In this document: piece by piece, positions 38,424 through 48,818 of the stretch | How the letters are laid out: every line of letters begins with the position of its first letter | How positions within the stretch are numbered: position 1 is the stretch's first letter | Origin: Acidimicrobiales bacterium | GTDB lineage: Bacteria; Actinomycetota; Acidimicrobiia; Acidimicrobiales; Bog-793 | DNA length: 64,000 nucleotides | Direction of reading: 5' to 3' | Assembly: GCA_049514105.1 (NCBI GenBank) | Contig: JBEKVJ010000002.1 | Span: forward strand, 5,727 to 69,726 | The notes under the pieces: model-generated | Database searches by the model: none | What the model saw: the letters and a program-made list of their open reading frames with translations, nothing else | What the model was told of the DNA's origin: nothing | Translations under genes and position numbers: made by a program

Positions 38424-39022
38424 CAGCTAGTTATGTGATCCATAACAAGACCGGTCGCCTGCATGTGTGCGTAACAGACGACAGGGCCGAGGAAGCTGAA
38501 GCCGCGTCGCTTCATGTCCTTGCTCAGTTCCTTCGATAGCGCCGTCTCGGCTGGGATCTGAGACTCAGGTCCCCAGGCATTGACAATGGGCGCTCTGTCG
38601 ACAAAGCCCCAGATGTAAGTGTCGAAGCTGCCGAACTCGTTCTGCACCTCCAAAAAGGCCCGGGCGTTGGAGATCGCGCTCTCAACTTTTCGGCGGTTGC
38701 GGATTATGCCGGAGTCTTTGAGGAGACGTTCGACATCGGTCGGCCTGAGTTCGGCCACTGCCCCCGGGTCAAATTCGCAGAACGCTTCCCGGTAGGCGTT
38801 GCGGCGCTTCAAGATCGTTATCCAGCTCAAGCCCGCCTGGGCGGATTCGAGGACGAGGAACTCGAAGTGCCTTTGCTCGTCGTGCACTGGCACACCCCAC
38901 TCGTTGTCGTGGTACGGCTGCAGATGCGGACCGATGGCCCAGGCACAGCGCGTGGCGGTCTCGGCGGAGCTCGAACCAGGTTCGCGCCTTGGCGGCTCGG
39001 AGTCGCTGTTCAACTTGGGCAT
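38399..39022 (-). CDS. tag: DNA-3-methyladenine glycosylase I
   Basis: 'RCAW...YHDNEWG', 'LESAQAGLSW', 'IIRNRRK', 'MQATGLVMDH...C'. Confidence 0.95.
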   Translation of the reverse strand: MPKLNSDSEPPRREPGSSSAETATRCAWAIGPHLQPYHDNEWGVPVHDEQRHFEFLVLESAQAGLSWITILKRRNAYREAFCEFDPGAVAELRPTDVERLLKDSGIIRNRRKVESAISNARAFLEVQNEFGSFDTYIWGFVDRAPIVNAWGPESQIPAETALSKELSKDMKRRGFSFLGPVVCYAHMQATGLVMDHITSCYRWRELS

Positions 39023-39059
39023 GGCTGAGTTGTAACAGACAACACCACCGTTTGTGGAC

Positions 39060-40139
39060 TCACGGCAGGCGAAGCTGCTCGGCTGATGGTCGAAGCTGGA
39101 GAGCCTCGACGCGTTCACGGCGCCTCTTGAGGTCCTCGGCGCCGTGAGGCTTCCTCGGCGCAGCACGGTGCCAGCTTGGGCGTCGCCGAGTGGGGAGAAC
39201 GACGGACCTGACGATCTCGGCGATACGTTGCTGCTCCGCCTTGGATTGGTAAGAGCCGCGCTTGAACCGCTCGCCATAAAGTGCCGACAGCTCGGGGCGG
39301 ACCCGGCTGAGCCACTCGAGGTAGTGCTCACGCACGCCTGGGCGCAGGTGGAGAGCGACCGGCGTGACCGAGACCGCCCCCGCCTCCAGACAGGCCTTGG
39401 TCACCGCTCGCAGCTGGTCCTCAGAATCAGACAGGCCGGGCAGGACCGGAGCGATGAGCACGCCACAGCGCACGCCGACCTCGTTAAGCCTCGAGACGGC
39501 CTCGAGACGCTTTTCAGGTGGGGGCGTGCCAGGTTCTGTGAGGCGCCAAAGCTCACGGTCCAATGTGCCTACCGATAGGGCGAGGCTCACAGTTGTGCGA
39601 GTGGCGGCCTCTTCGAGCAAAGCGAGGTCCCGCAACACGAGCGTCGACTTCGTGAGGATGCTGAAGGGGTTTCCTGCCTCGGCGAGCACCCGCACGACGC
39701 CCTGAGTGAGGTGGTACTTGCCTTCTGCCTTCTGGTAAGGGTCGGTGTTGGTACCCATGGCGATGTGGTCGCCCTGCCACTTGCGCGATCCGAGCTCGAC
39801 ACGAAGCCGCTCGACGGCGTTGATCTTTACGACGATCTTGCGCTCGAAATCCTCGCCCGTACCGAGCCCCAGATAGCTGTGCGTTGGTCTCGCAAAACAG
39901 TATGTGCAAGCGTGACTGCAGCCGCGATAGGCGTTGATCGTGTACTGAAAAGGCATCCTCGAGGCGGACGGCACCTTGTTGATGATCGTGCGCGCATTGA
40001 CGTGGAAGAACCCCATCCCCCGGTACTCACCCTTGCCGAGGTGACCTTCGCCAAGCGAGGAGCCAGGAAACAACGTCGCCGACTCCTCGTCCTCGACAAG
40101 GCGCCAGCGAAGCTGGCCCGACTGCCTTTGTCCGTCCAT
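39060..40139 (-). CDS. Rv2578c-like radical SAM protein (spore photoproduct lyase-like family)
   Basis: 'INAYRGCSHACTYCFAR', 'GTNTDPYQ', 'SILTKS'. Confidence 0.9.
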   Translation of the reverse strand: MDGQRQSGQLRWRLVEDEESATLFPGSSLGEGHLGKGEYRGMGFFHVNARTIINKVPSASRMPFQYTINAYRGCSHACTYCFARPTHSYLGLGTGEDFERKIVVKINAVERLRVELGSRKWQGDHIAMGTNTDPYQKAEGKYHLTQGVVRVLAEAGNPFSILTKSTLVLRDLALLEEAATRTTVSLALSVGTLDRELWRLTEPGTPPPEKRLEAVSRLNEVGVRCGVLIAPVLPGLSDSEDQLRAVTKACLEAGAVSVTPVALHLRPGVREHYLEWLSRVRPELSALYGERFKRGSYQSKAEQQRIAEIVRSVVLPTRRRPSWHRAAPRKPHGAEDLKRRRERVEALQLRPSAEQLRLP

Positions 40140-40151
40140 AAGGACAGCCTA

Positions 40152-40167
40152 TCGAACATATGTACGT
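40152..40167. promoter_or_regulatory. LexA/SOS box upstream of radical SAM-tag pair
   Basis: TCGAACATATGTACGT abutting -10 TAGGCT, 6 nt before ATG on the minus strand. Confidence 0.8.
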
Positions 40168-40214
40168 AACGATAGGTCCGCGCTGGCGCGGAGGCTTGGC
40201 CATATCCTGGCCGT

Positions 40215-40649
40215 GTGCCCCCATTGCCCGAGGTTGTGTCGTCGATCACCGACCCGGACGAGCGTGAGCTCGTCGAGCTTGCCTACAAGGCCTGCACGAA
40301 GGCCTACGCTCCGTACTCCAAGTTCCAAGTCGGAGCGGCGATACGAACCACGAGAGGGACCTACACAGGCGCCAATGTCGAGAACGGGAGCTTCGGGCTC
40401 ACCTGTTGTGCAGAGCGCAACGCCGTGTTCGCGGCCGTCAGCTGCGAGGGCGGCAAGATCGCGCTCAAAGCCGTTGCTGTGTACGCCCTCTCGCCGGGTG
40501 GAAACGTGAAGACAGCGTCACCGTGTGGCGCCTGCCGCCAGGTTCTCGCCGAGTTCGGGCGCGACGCCACCGTCACCTTTCTCGAAAGGGGCCGGTTCCT
40601 TACGATGACCGTCGACGAGCTCCTGCCGGCTGGCTTCGAGCTGTACTGA
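40215..40649 (+). CDS. cdd: Cytidine deaminase
   Basis: 'AYAPYSKFQVGAA', 'GANVEN', 'CAE', 'PCGACRQ'. Confidence 0.95.
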   Translation: MPPLPEVVSSITDPDERELVELAYKACTKAYAPYSKFQVGAAIRTTRGTYTGANVENGSFGLTCCAERNAVFAAVSCEGGKIALKAVAVYALSPGGNVKTASPCGACRQVLAEFGRDATVTFLERGRFLTMTVDELLPAGFELY

Positions 40650-40685
40650 GCCCAGCGGATCGAGCGCAAAGAACCTCTAGCCAGC

Positions 40686-41891
40686 CTAGGAAGCGAGCTC
40701 CTCGAGCGCTTCTAGCAGCCTGATCACGTCCGACTGGTCGTTGTAGTGCACGACCCCAGCCCGCACGGCACCGCCTCTTTCGCGGATCTTGAGCACACCT
40801 GCGAGCTCACGGGCGTAGTTGTCGCCGTTCCAGACATTGACGCCGCGATCGGCGAGATGAGCCGCGACCTCGCGCGGACTGCGGTCGGTGAGATTGAAAC
40901 ACGTCGTCGGCGCCCGATCTGACGCCCTCCCATAAGCCGTGACGTGCGCCATTGCCTTGAGACCTTCGAGCAAGGAGTCGAAGACAACCGCCTCGTACTC
41001 GGCAACGGCGGTCATGGACGCGGTGAGGCGCTCACGGCGCGACCCGGCCGCGCCGGGATCGAGAGAGGCGAGATGGTCGACAGCGGCGGTCACGCCGGCG
41101 AGGTCGGCGAACGCCAGCGTGCCGCGTTCGAACCGGCCCGGCACCGACTCGGGAGCGGGGTCGAGCTTGTAGGGATGCAGGCCCTCGAGCAACGCCACGC
41201 TCGCCACGACGGCTCCCACGTGCGGGCCGGACCACTTGTAGGCGCTCGTGGCCCAGAAGTCGGCCCCGAGCGCGACGACGTCGACGGGCCCGTGCGGTGT
41301 CGCGTGCACGCCGTCGACATAACTGAGTGCCCCTACGCTTCGGGCTTTGCGGCAGATCTCGCCCACGTCGGGACGCGTGCCGATGAGGTTGCTCGCGGCC
41401 GATACCGCCACGAGCCTGGTCCGCTCTGATAAGAGCTCGTCGTACTGGCCGGCGGGGAGCTCCCCGCTCGAGGCATCAACCTCGGCCCATCGCACGACTG
41501 CGCCGGCGCGTCGTGCTGCCTGGACCCATGGCCTCACGTTCGCGTCGTGGTCGAGTCGTGAGACGACGACCTCGTCGCCAGCGGCCCAGGTTCGAGACAG
41601 CGTCTCTGCAACTCGGTAGGTGAGCGTCGTCATGTTCGGTCCGAGGATCACCCCTTCGCTCTCAGCGCCCACGAGGTCGGCGACAGCCGCTCGGCAGTTG
41701 TCCACTATCTCCCCGGCACGCTCGGAGGCGGGAAACGCCCCTCCTTGGTTGCCCAGCCCGGCGAGGTACGCAGCTGAGATCGCGTCGATGACGCTCGAGG
41801 GGACCTGCGTGCCGGCCGCGCCATCGAGATAGGCGCAGCCGTCCTTGAGGGCGGGATATGAGGCGCGGATCCGGCCTACATCCAGGCTCAC
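40686..41891 (-). CDS. Cysteine desulfurase-like PLP protein (Rv3778c-type)
   Basis: 'YLDGAAGTQVP', 'RLDHDANVRPW', 'SAYKWSGPH', 'FERGT'; GTGA overlap with VOC gene. Confidence 0.88.
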   Translation of the reverse strand: MSLDVGRIRASYPALKDGCAYLDGAAGTQVPSSVIDAISAAYLAGLGNQGGAFPASERAGEIVDNCRAAVADLVGAESEGVILGPNMTTLTYRVAETLSRTWAAGDEVVVSRLDHDANVRPWVQAARRAGAVVRWAEVDASSGELPAGQYDELLSERTRLVAVSAASNLIGTRPDVGEICRKARSVGALSYVDGVHATPHGPVDVVALGADFWATSAYKWSGPHVGAVVASVALLEGLHPYKLDPAPESVPGRFERGTLAFADLAGVTAAVDHLASLDPGAAGSRRERLTASMTAVAEYEAVVFDSLLEGLKAMAHVTAYGRASDRAPTTCFNLTDRSPREVAAHLADRGVNVWNGDNYARELAGVLKIRERGGAVRAGVVHYNDQSDVIRLLEALEELAS

Positions 41892-42268
41892 GAGGTTGTC
41901 TCGGCGCTGTGGCAGACGGCTTCGACGTTGTTGCCGTCCGGGTCGCGGACGAAGGCGCCGTAGTAGTTCTCGTGGTACTCCGGCCACAGGCGCGGCTCAT
42001 GGAGGACCTCGGCGCCAAGAGACACCGCCGCCTCGAAGAACGCCCTCACGCCCGCCCGGTCCTTGGCCACAGAAGCGAGGTGGTTCTCGCGGTTCGGACC
42101 GGCCGAGGCTAGTGGTCCGATCCAGAACTCGGGCTTGCCCTCAAGCCCGTAGCCGACGACTTCGCCGAAGTCCATGACGCGGCCGCCACCGAGGGGGGCA
42201 AGGACGCGGTCGTAGAACGCCGAGCTAGCGCCCGGATCGGCGCACTGAATGGACAGATGATCAAGCAT
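41888..42268 (-). CDS. VOC/glyoxalase family protein
   Basis: 'MLDHLSI', 'YHENYYGAFVRDPDGNNVEAVCH'. Confidence 0.92.
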   Translation of the reverse strand: MLDHLSIQCADPGASSAFYDRVLAPLGGGRVMDFGEVVGYGLEGKPEFWIGPLASAGPNRENHLASVAKDRAGVRAFFEAAVSLGAEVLHEPRLWPEYHENYYGAFVRDPDGNNVEAVCHSAETTS

Positions 42269-42357
42269 GAACGGGATCATACGGCCCTGTTCGCGCGAGG
42301 ACATGGTCCAGCAGTACTGCCCGCCCGAGCACTGGTGCGCGAGACTTCATAATTCAG

Positions 42358-43737
42358 ATGGCTTCACGACTCAAGCGCACTGGTTCTCGCGCGACGACCA
42401 ACCCGGCCGATGCTTCTGTCGCTGCCCTGAGCGGACCGCTCGAGTCGGCGCGAAGACATGACGCGACAAGTGCACTGTTTGTCGTCGATCTCGACAACTT
42501 CCATGTCCTCAATAACGGCCTCGGTCGCCGTCTCGGAGACGCAGTCTTAGGGGTTGTCTTGAGCCGGCTCGAACAATGCGTCTCCGGGCTCGGCCAGTGC
42601 CTTTCTTGCGGAGGCGACAGGTTCATCGTGCTCGTCTCACAGAGCAAACAGCCGGATCTCGCCACCATGGCAGACCGGCTCATCGAAGCCGTGCGCATGC
42701 CCGTTCCTGTCAACGACGACGAGCCCGCATTGGTGATCTCGGCCAGTGTGGGAAGCGTCCTTGACGACGGCGCCGGCGTCGACGAGCTCGTTCGACGTGC
42801 CGATATCGCGCTCAGTGTTGCGAAAACAACCGGGATCGCCAGCCACGTGAGTTTCGAGCCCGAGATGCAGCTTGCCGCCGAAGCCGAGGCACGTCTCGAG
42901 CGCGAGCTGCGTGAGGCTCTTGATTCGGAGCTGTTGTTCCTCGCCTACCTTCCCGGCGTCGATATCACGACGGGCCGCGTCACTAGTGCTGAGGCGCTCC
43001 TGCGCTGGAATCACCCCAAGCGCGGAGTCATCGCGGCCCGCGAGTTCATGCCCGTGCTCGAAAAGAGCGGGACGATCCTCGAGATCGGAAGCTGGGTTAT
43101 CCAGCAAGCCTGCATGCAGGCCGCCGCCTGGCAGCGCCGAGGCATGAGCCTCGAGATGCATGTCAACCTCTCCGCGCGCCAGATCGCAGCGGACGCGACC
43201 CTCGAGGAGCTACGCGACAGCCTGTTCATGAGCCGTCTCGACCCAGCTCTATTGGTACTCGAGGTAGCCGAGGCGACATTCGCAACCGAAACCTCCGCCG
43301 TCGCGGCGCGTCTCGAGGAGTTCAAGGCCCTCGGGGTCAGCATCGCCATGGACAGCTTCGGCGCCGCATACTCCGCCTTGAGCCACCTGAAGCAGCTTCC
43401 TCTCGACATCGTCGAATTCGACCGTTCCCTCGTGGCCGAGATCGGCCAGGACGCCTCCGCCGCCGCCCTCGTCCGCACGCTGGTGCAAGTCGCCAAGAGC
43501 CTGGGACTGCAAACCCTCGCCGTGGGCGTCGAGGACGAGCAGCAACTCAAAGAGCTCCGCGACGCCGGGTGCAGCGGGGCTCTCGGGCACCTGTACTCCG
43601 AGCCGGTTGACGCGGACGAGCTCGACAAGGTCTTCAGGGAGTTCGAGCTCGACACGACAGGCTGGTCGCCCGAGCCTTCGGCTGAGCCTGAGCCGGACGA
43701 AGTCGTTGAGGAAAGCGAGGCGGTCGACAACCCATGA
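42358..43737 (+). CDS. Degenerate GGDEF-EAL protein
   Basis: 'VDLDNF', GGDRF; EAL present but 'DSFG', 'EFDRS', 'VGVE', 'LGH' replace catalytic motifs. Confidence 0.88.
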   Translation: MASRLKRTGSRATTNPADASVAALSGPLESARRHDATSALFVVDLDNFHVLNNGLGRRLGDAVLGVVLSRLEQCVSGLGQCLSCGGDRFIVLVSQSKQPDLATMADRLIEAVRMPVPVNDDEPALVISASVGSVLDDGAGVDELVRRADIALSVAKTTGIASHVSFEPEMQLAAEAEARLERELREALDSELLFLAYLPGVDITTGRVTSAEALLRWNHPKRGVIAAREFMPVLEKSGTILEIGSWVIQQACMQAAAWQRRGMSLEMHVNLSARQIAADATLEELRDSLFMSRLDPALLVLEVAEATFATETSAVAARLEEFKALGVSIAMDSFGAAYSALSHLKQLPLDIVEFDRSLVAEIGQDASAAALVRTLVQVAKSLGLQTLAVGVEDEQQLKELRDAGCSGALGHLYSEPVDADELDKVFREFELDTTGWSPEPSAEPEPDEVVEESEAVDNP

Positions 43738-45062
43738 CCCTCCATCGGACACCCGAAGGCCCGAGCGAGGCCGGACCGGCACCGGGCCGAATGGACATCG
43801 TGAACCTGATTTGCGCTAAGCGCGACGGGCACGAGCTCAAAGACGCAGAGATCGACTGGATCATGGACGCCTATGTCCGCGGGGCTGTCGCGGATGAACA
43901 GGTATCGGCCCTCTTGATGGCGGTGTTCTGGCGCGGTCTGTCGGTCTCCGAGCTGTCACGTTGGACATCGGCGATCATCGCCTCGGGGGAAAAGATGGAC
44001 CTCTCGGGCCTCACGCGCCCGACGGTGGACAAGCACTCAACCGGCGGCGTCGGCGACAAGGTCTCGCTCATCTTGGTCCCCCTTGTCGCGGCCTGCGGAG
44101 CCGCGGTGCCCCAGCTTTCGGGCCGGGGCCTCGGCCATACAGGTGGGACGCTCGACAAGCTGGACTCGATCCCCGGTTGGCGTTCAGAGCTGTCGAATAA
44201 CGAAGTGCTCACTCAGCTTGAGGAGATCGGCTGCGTCATCTGCGCCGCTGGCGCCGGTCTCGCCCCGGCAGACCGCAAGCTCTACGCACTGAGGGACGTG
44301 ACAGGGACCGTGGAGTCGATCCCGCTCATTGCTGGCTCGATCATGTCGAAGAAGATCGCCGAGGGCACCGAGTCGCTCGTTCTCGACGTCAAGGTCGGCA
44401 CCGGTGCCTTCATGACCGAGCGCGAGCGGGCAGGCGAGCTAGCCCGCACCATGGTCCGGCTCGGCCGTGACCACGGGCTCAAGGTGACCGCCGTGCTGAG
44501 CGCCATGGACACACCACTCGGGCGCGCCGTCGGCAACGCCCTTGAGGTCACCGAGTCAGTAGAGGTTCTCCAAGGCAAGCATGCCGGCTCAGATCTGGTC
44601 GAGCTGACGCTCGCCCTCGCCCGGGAGATGCTCGAGCTGGCCGGCATCGACGCGGACCCCGCCGAGGCACTCGAGGACGGCACGGCTCTTGCCCGCTATC
44701 GCGAGATGGTCCTCGCCCAAGGCGGTGACCCCGACGCCGCTCTGCCCCAGGCGCCTAAGGTCGAGCTCGTGAATGCAGATCGGGCAGGCGTCGTCGCTCG
44801 GCTCGACGCACGTTCTGTCGGGGTGGCCGCCTGGCGACTTGGCGCCGGCCGGGCCCGCAAGGAGGATCCCGTCAGCGCCGCCGCAGGGATCCTGTGCCGC
44901 GTTAAACCTGGTGACGAGGTTGCAAAGGGTCAACCTCTACTAGAGCTTCATACTGAACAACAAGATCGTCTCGCCTGGGCTCGGGCCGCGCTTGTTGGGG
45001 CAGTAGTCATCGCCGATGAAGGCCCGGGAAACGGAGCTGTGGTCCTGGAGGTGATCAAGTGA
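43734..45062 (+). CDS. deoA: Thymidine/pyrimidine-nucleoside phosphorylase
   Basis: '[11 protein letters not shown]', '[15 protein letters not shown]', 'SIMSKK', 'DVKVG'. Confidence 0.96.
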   Translation: MTLHRTPEGPSEAGPAPGRMDIVNLICAKRDGHELKDAEIDWIMDAYVRGAVADEQVSALLMAVFWRGLSVSELSRWTSAIIASGEKMDLSGLTRPTVDKHSTGGVGDKVSLILVPLVAACGAAVPQLSGRGLGHTGGTLDKLDSIPGWRSELSNNEVLTQLEEIGCVICAAGAGLAPADRKLYALRDVTGTVESIPLIAGSIMSKKIAEGTESLVLDVKVGTGAFMTERERAGELARTMVRLGRDHGLKVTAVLSAMDTPLGRAVGNALEVTESVEVLQGKHAGSDLVELTLALAREMLELAGIDADPAEALEDGTALARYREMVLAQGGDPDAALPQAPKVELVNADRAGVVARLDARSVGVAAWRLGAGRARKEDPVSAAAGILCRVKPGDEVAKGQPLLELHTEQQDRLAWARAALVGAVVIADEGPGNGAVVLEVIK

Positions 45063-46219
45063 GCTCGACTCCCACCCTCGAGGAGATCCGAGCCGTGCCG
45101 AAGGTACTCCTGCATGATCACCTTGATGGGGGGTTACGCCCGTCCACTGTGGTCGAGCTCGCAGCCGAGCAAGGCTATGGAGATCTTCCGACTACCGACC
45201 CTGGGGAACTGGCGGCTTGGTTCGTCTCAGCGGCGCCTCGGCGCGACCTCGTCCGCTACCTGGAGGGCTTCGTACACACAGTCGGAGTAATGCAGACCGC
45301 GGAGGCCCTCGAGCGGGTGGCGAGCGAATGTGTAGAGGACCTTGCCGAAGACGGAGTCGTCTACGCCGAGGTGCGTTTTGCCCCGGAGCTTCACACCGAG
45401 CGCGATCTGACACTCGAGCAGGTCGTCGAAGCGGTGCTGGCGGGATTCGACAGCGCGATGGCTCGAGCTGTCGCGGCCGGGCGGTCCATCGTCGTCCGCA
45501 CACTTTTGACCGCGATGCGCACTGCGGCACGTTCGCGCGAGATCGCCGAACTGGCCGTGCGCTACCGCGACGTGGGTGTGGCTGGCTTCGACGTCGCCGG
45601 GCCGGAGGCCGGCTATCCGCCGACGGCTCATCTCGACGCCTTCCACCTTGTCCAACGCGAGAACTTCCATGCCACCGTGCACGCGGGCGAGGCGTTCGGG
45701 CTTCCCTCGATATGGCAGGCGATCCAGTGGTGCAACGCGGAACGGCTCGGCCACGGAGTGCGTATCGCCGACGACGTCGTGATCGACGAGGACGGCGAGG
45801 CCAGCCTCGGACGCCTGGCGGCTTATGTTCGCGACAGGCGCATACCCCTTGAGATGTGCCCGACCTCGAACGTGCACACCGGGGCGGTCCCCTCTCTCGC
45901 CGAGCACCCGATCGGGCTTCTGCGTCGGCTCCGCTTCCGGGTCACGGTGAGCACCGACAACCGCCTCATGAGCGGCATCAGCCTTTCCTCGGAGCTCGCC
46001 GGGCTCGTCGATGTCTTCGGCTGGACCTGGAGGGACTTGAACTGGCTCACGATCAATGCGATGAAGAGCGCCTTTTGCCCCTTCGAGGACCGATTGGCGC
46101 TGATCGACAGCAAGATAAAGCCGGCTTTCGCAGCCTTTGACCCTGCTGCCCGCCCAGGTCCGGGAGGCCACTCGTCTCCGGCTCAGGGCTCCTTCGGCGA
46201 AGACGCCCTGATCGACTGA
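45059..46219 (+). CDS. add: Adenosine deaminase
   Basis: 'LHDHLDGG', 'YAEVRFAPE', 'HAGE', 'RLGHG', 'CPTSN', 'TDNRLMS'. Confidence 0.95.
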   Translation: MSSTPTLEEIRAVPKVLLHDHLDGGLRPSTVVELAAEQGYGDLPTTDPGELAAWFVSAAPRRDLVRYLEGFVHTVGVMQTAEALERVASECVEDLAEDGVVYAEVRFAPELHTERDLTLEQVVEAVLAGFDSAMARAVAAGRSIVVRTLLTAMRTAARSREIAELAVRYRDVGVAGFDVAGPEAGYPPTAHLDAFHLVQRENFHATVHAGEAFGLPSIWQAIQWCNAERLGHGVRIADDVVIDEDGEASLGRLAAYVRDRRIPLEMCPTSNVHTGAVPSLAEHPIGLLRRLRFRVTVSTDNRLMSGISLSSELAGLVDVFGWTWRDLNWLTINAMKSAFCPFEDRLALIDSKIKPAFAAFDPAARPGPGGHSSPAQGSFGEDALID

Positions 46220-47928
46220 CAAAGGGCGGCGACCTCGCTCTCGATCAGAGCAAGCACCGCCTCGGCGCGCGTCCGCTCATCAGCAACGACGTCTTTTTGC
46301 ACCGGGTCGCCTGCGACCTCCAAATAGGCCTTCAGCTTGGGCTCGGTGCCGCTTGGCCGCAGGACGACACGGGCGCCGCCGGCGAGGCGCAACACGAGCG
46401 CATCGGTCGGGGGGAGCTCGGCCGTCCCGGCAGCGAGGTCGACGACCTCGGTGACGTCGAGGCCGCCGAGCGACGGGGGCGGGTCGCTCCTCCAGCGGGC
46501 GACGATGCCGGCCATCTCTTCTTGTGCGCCCGGGCCGGAGAGCCTGAGCGACCACTGTGCGGTCGCGTGCACACCGAATCGTGAGGCGAGGTCGTCGAGA
46601 AGCTCGCAAATCGAGTGCCCCCGAGCCTTTGCCGTCGCCGCGATCTCGGCCGCGACAAGCGCCGCCGAGAGACCGTCCTTGTCAGCCACGGCGTCAGCCA
46701 CTTCGTAGCCGAGCGCCTCCTCGTAGCCGAACACAAGGCGAGCCCCCGGACGGCGCAGCGGAGCTCTCGCGATCCATTTGAAGCCGGTGAGAGTCTCGAC
46801 ATAGGCGACCCCGGCCATAGCAGCCATCTTCGAGAGCATGCTCGAAGAGACGATCGTCGTCGCCACGAGCCTGTCGTCGCCATGTGTTGCCGACAGCAGA
46901 TGGTCCGCGAGGAGCGCCCCCAACTCGTCGCCTGTGAGCCTGCGCCACGCCCCTGTGGCCGGGTCCGGCACTGCCACGGCCAGCCGGTCGGCATCGGGGT
47001 CGTTGGCGAGGATGATCTCAGCATTGACACGGACCGCATCGGCAAATGCGAGATCGAGAGCTCCTGGCTCCTCCGGGTTCGGGAACGACACGGTCGGAAA
47101 CTCGGGATCGGGTACTTCTTGAGCTGCTACGACCGAGACCGGCATGAAACCCGCCTCCTCCAAGAGCCAAGGAAGGACAGCGGCGCCGACGCCGTGAAGC
47201 GGCGTGTAGACGATCCTAAGGTCCCGCGCCCCGGCCGGGTCTAGGTGACAGAAGACTTCTCGGCGATAGGCCTCGAGGAGCTCTGTCTCGTCGATCGTCT
47301 CGGCGCGGCGGAGAGTGGAGACTGCTGGTAGGGCGAAAGCGTGCGGTGAGGCGCTCGCAGCTGCCTTGGCGATGTGGACGTCATCGGGTGGGATCACCTG
47401 GGCACCGTCGGCTGCGTAGACCTTGTAGCCGTTGTCAGCGGCTGGGTTGTGACTGGCGGTGATCATCACTCCGGCCGCGGCATCGAGGTGTTTGACGGCA
47501 AAAGCAGTGATCGGTGTCGGCAACGGTCGCGAAAAGACACGGACGCGCACTCCTGCGCTCGTCGCGACCTCGGCGACATCACGGGCGAACTCGGCCGATC
47601 CGTTGCGAGCGTCACGCCCGACGACGATCCCTCGGGCGATGGCCTTTGGACCCTGGTCGATTAGCCACTGCGCCACCCCCGCGGTCGTCTTTCGCACGAC
47701 GAGGCGGTTCATGCGCGCGGGGCCAGCGCCGAGTGCCCCGCGCAACCCCGCCGTCCCGAAACTGAGAGGGTTCTCGAAACGGGCAAGCAACTCGGCCGTG
47801 TCGCCCGCCCCGATCAGTGCCGCGAGCTCTTCGCGAGTCGCCGGGTCAGGATCGGCAGCGATCCAGGCTTGCGCCTCGGCTAAAAGAGCGGGCGGTATTT
47901 TTTCGGGCTCGTCGGTGCGTGCTGTCAC
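46183..47928 (-). CDS. Phosphohexomutase-family enzyme (PMM/PGM2-type), probable phosphopentomutase
   Basis: 'FGTAGLRG', 'TASHNP', 'DPDADR', 'YEEALG', 'RPSGTEPK'; coupled to punA. Confidence 0.9.
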   Translation of the reverse strand: MTARTDEPEKIPPALLAEAQAWIAADPDPATREELAALIGAGDTAELLARFENPLSFGTAGLRGALGAGPARMNRLVVRKTTAGVAQWLIDQGPKAIARGIVVGRDARNGSAEFARDVAEVATSAGVRVRVFSRPLPTPITAFAVKHLDAAAGVMITASHNPAADNGYKVYAADGAQVIPPDDVHIAKAAASASPHAFALPAVSTLRRAETIDETELLEAYRREVFCHLDPAGARDLRIVYTPLHGVGAAVLPWLLEEAGFMPVSVVAAQEVPDPEFPTVSFPNPEEPGALDLAFADAVRVNAEIILANDPDADRLAVAVPDPATGAWRRLTGDELGALLADHLLSATHGDDRLVATTIVSSSMLSKMAAMAGVAYVETLTGFKWIARAPLRRPGARLVFGYEEALGYEVADAVADKDGLSAALVAAEIAATAKARGHSICELLDDLASRFGVHATAQWSLRLSGPGAQEEMAGIVARWRSDPPPSLGGLDVTEVVDLAAGTAELPPTDALVLRLAGGARVVLRPSGTEPKLKAYLEVAGDPVQKDVVADERTRAEAVLALIESEVAALCQSIRASSPKEP

Positions 47929-48797
47929 AGCGCCGAGAGCACCCCGCCGATCAGCCCGACCAGGTACGGTGCAGCTTGCGCGCCGGCGGCCAGTACCTCG
48001 GCGTGGTCGAGTGGGGTCGGGCTCACTCCCGCGGCAAGGTTCGTCACGAGCGAGATACCGAGCACCGATGCCCCGAGGTGATGGGCTGCGATCGCCTCGA
48101 GCGCCGTCGACATCCCGACGAGGTCCGCGCCGAGATTGCGCAGCATCGCGACCTCGGCCGGGGTCTCGTACTGGGGTCCGTTCAGGGCCGCATAGACGCC
48201 TTCTGTGATCGTTGGGTCGACGGCCTTGGCGACGGAGCGGAGCTTGGCCGGGTACAGCTCGGTGAGATCCACAAAGCGGCCCTTGTAGGCATGCGGAGGT
48301 GGCGGACCGCTCAAGGGCGAGACGCCCGTCAGGTTCAGCTGGTCACGGATCAGCACGGCCTGGCCTGGCCGCATGTCCGGGTCGAGACCTCCCGCGGCGT
48401 TGGTCAAGATGACTACCCGGGCGCCTGCAAGCACTGCGGTCCTGACCGGGTGGACGACCTGAGCCGGTGCGCGACCCTCGTAAAGGTGGGTCCGCCCGAT
48501 GAGCACCAGGACGTGACGGCCCCCGATCCTGAGGTAGCGCAGCTGGCCGTGGTGACCAGCGACAGTCGGTGCCGCGAAGCCTGGCAGGTCACTCGTCGCC
48601 AGTTCTGCCTCCGTCGTCCCGAGGCCGTCGGCGACATCCTGCCAGCCGGAGCCGAGGACGACGGCTACCTCGGGGGCCTGTCGTCCGGTCCTCTTGTTCA
48701 CCTCCGCGCCTGCGGCGGCCGCGAGCTCGAACGGGTCCGATGAGCCACTAGACGCGATCATGTGCCGAACCTTAGAGCTGGGCCGGACGACCGGCAC
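47925..48797 (-). CDS. punA: Purine nucleoside phosphorylase (trimeric type)
   Basis: 'VLGSG', 'GRTHLYEG', 'TNAAGG', 'GPQYETPAE', 'VGMST', 'VTNLAAG'; alternative start 48761. Confidence 0.94.
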   Translation of the reverse strand: MPVVRPSSKVRHMIASSGSSDPFELAAAAGAEVNKRTGRQAPEVAVVLGSGWQDVADGLGTTEAELATSDLPGFAAPTVAGHHGQLRYLRIGGRHVLVLIGRTHLYEGRAPAQVVHPVRTAVLAGARVVILTNAAGGLDPDMRPGQAVLIRDQLNLTGVSPLSGPPPPHAYKGRFVDLTELYPAKLRSVAKAVDPTITEGVYAALNGPQYETPAEVAMLRNLGADLVGMSTALEAIAAHHLGASVLGISLVTNLAAGVSPTPLDHAEVLAAGAQAAPYLVGLIGGVLSAL

Positions 48798-48818
48798 GCG
48801 AAGCCGCGGCGGCGCGCC

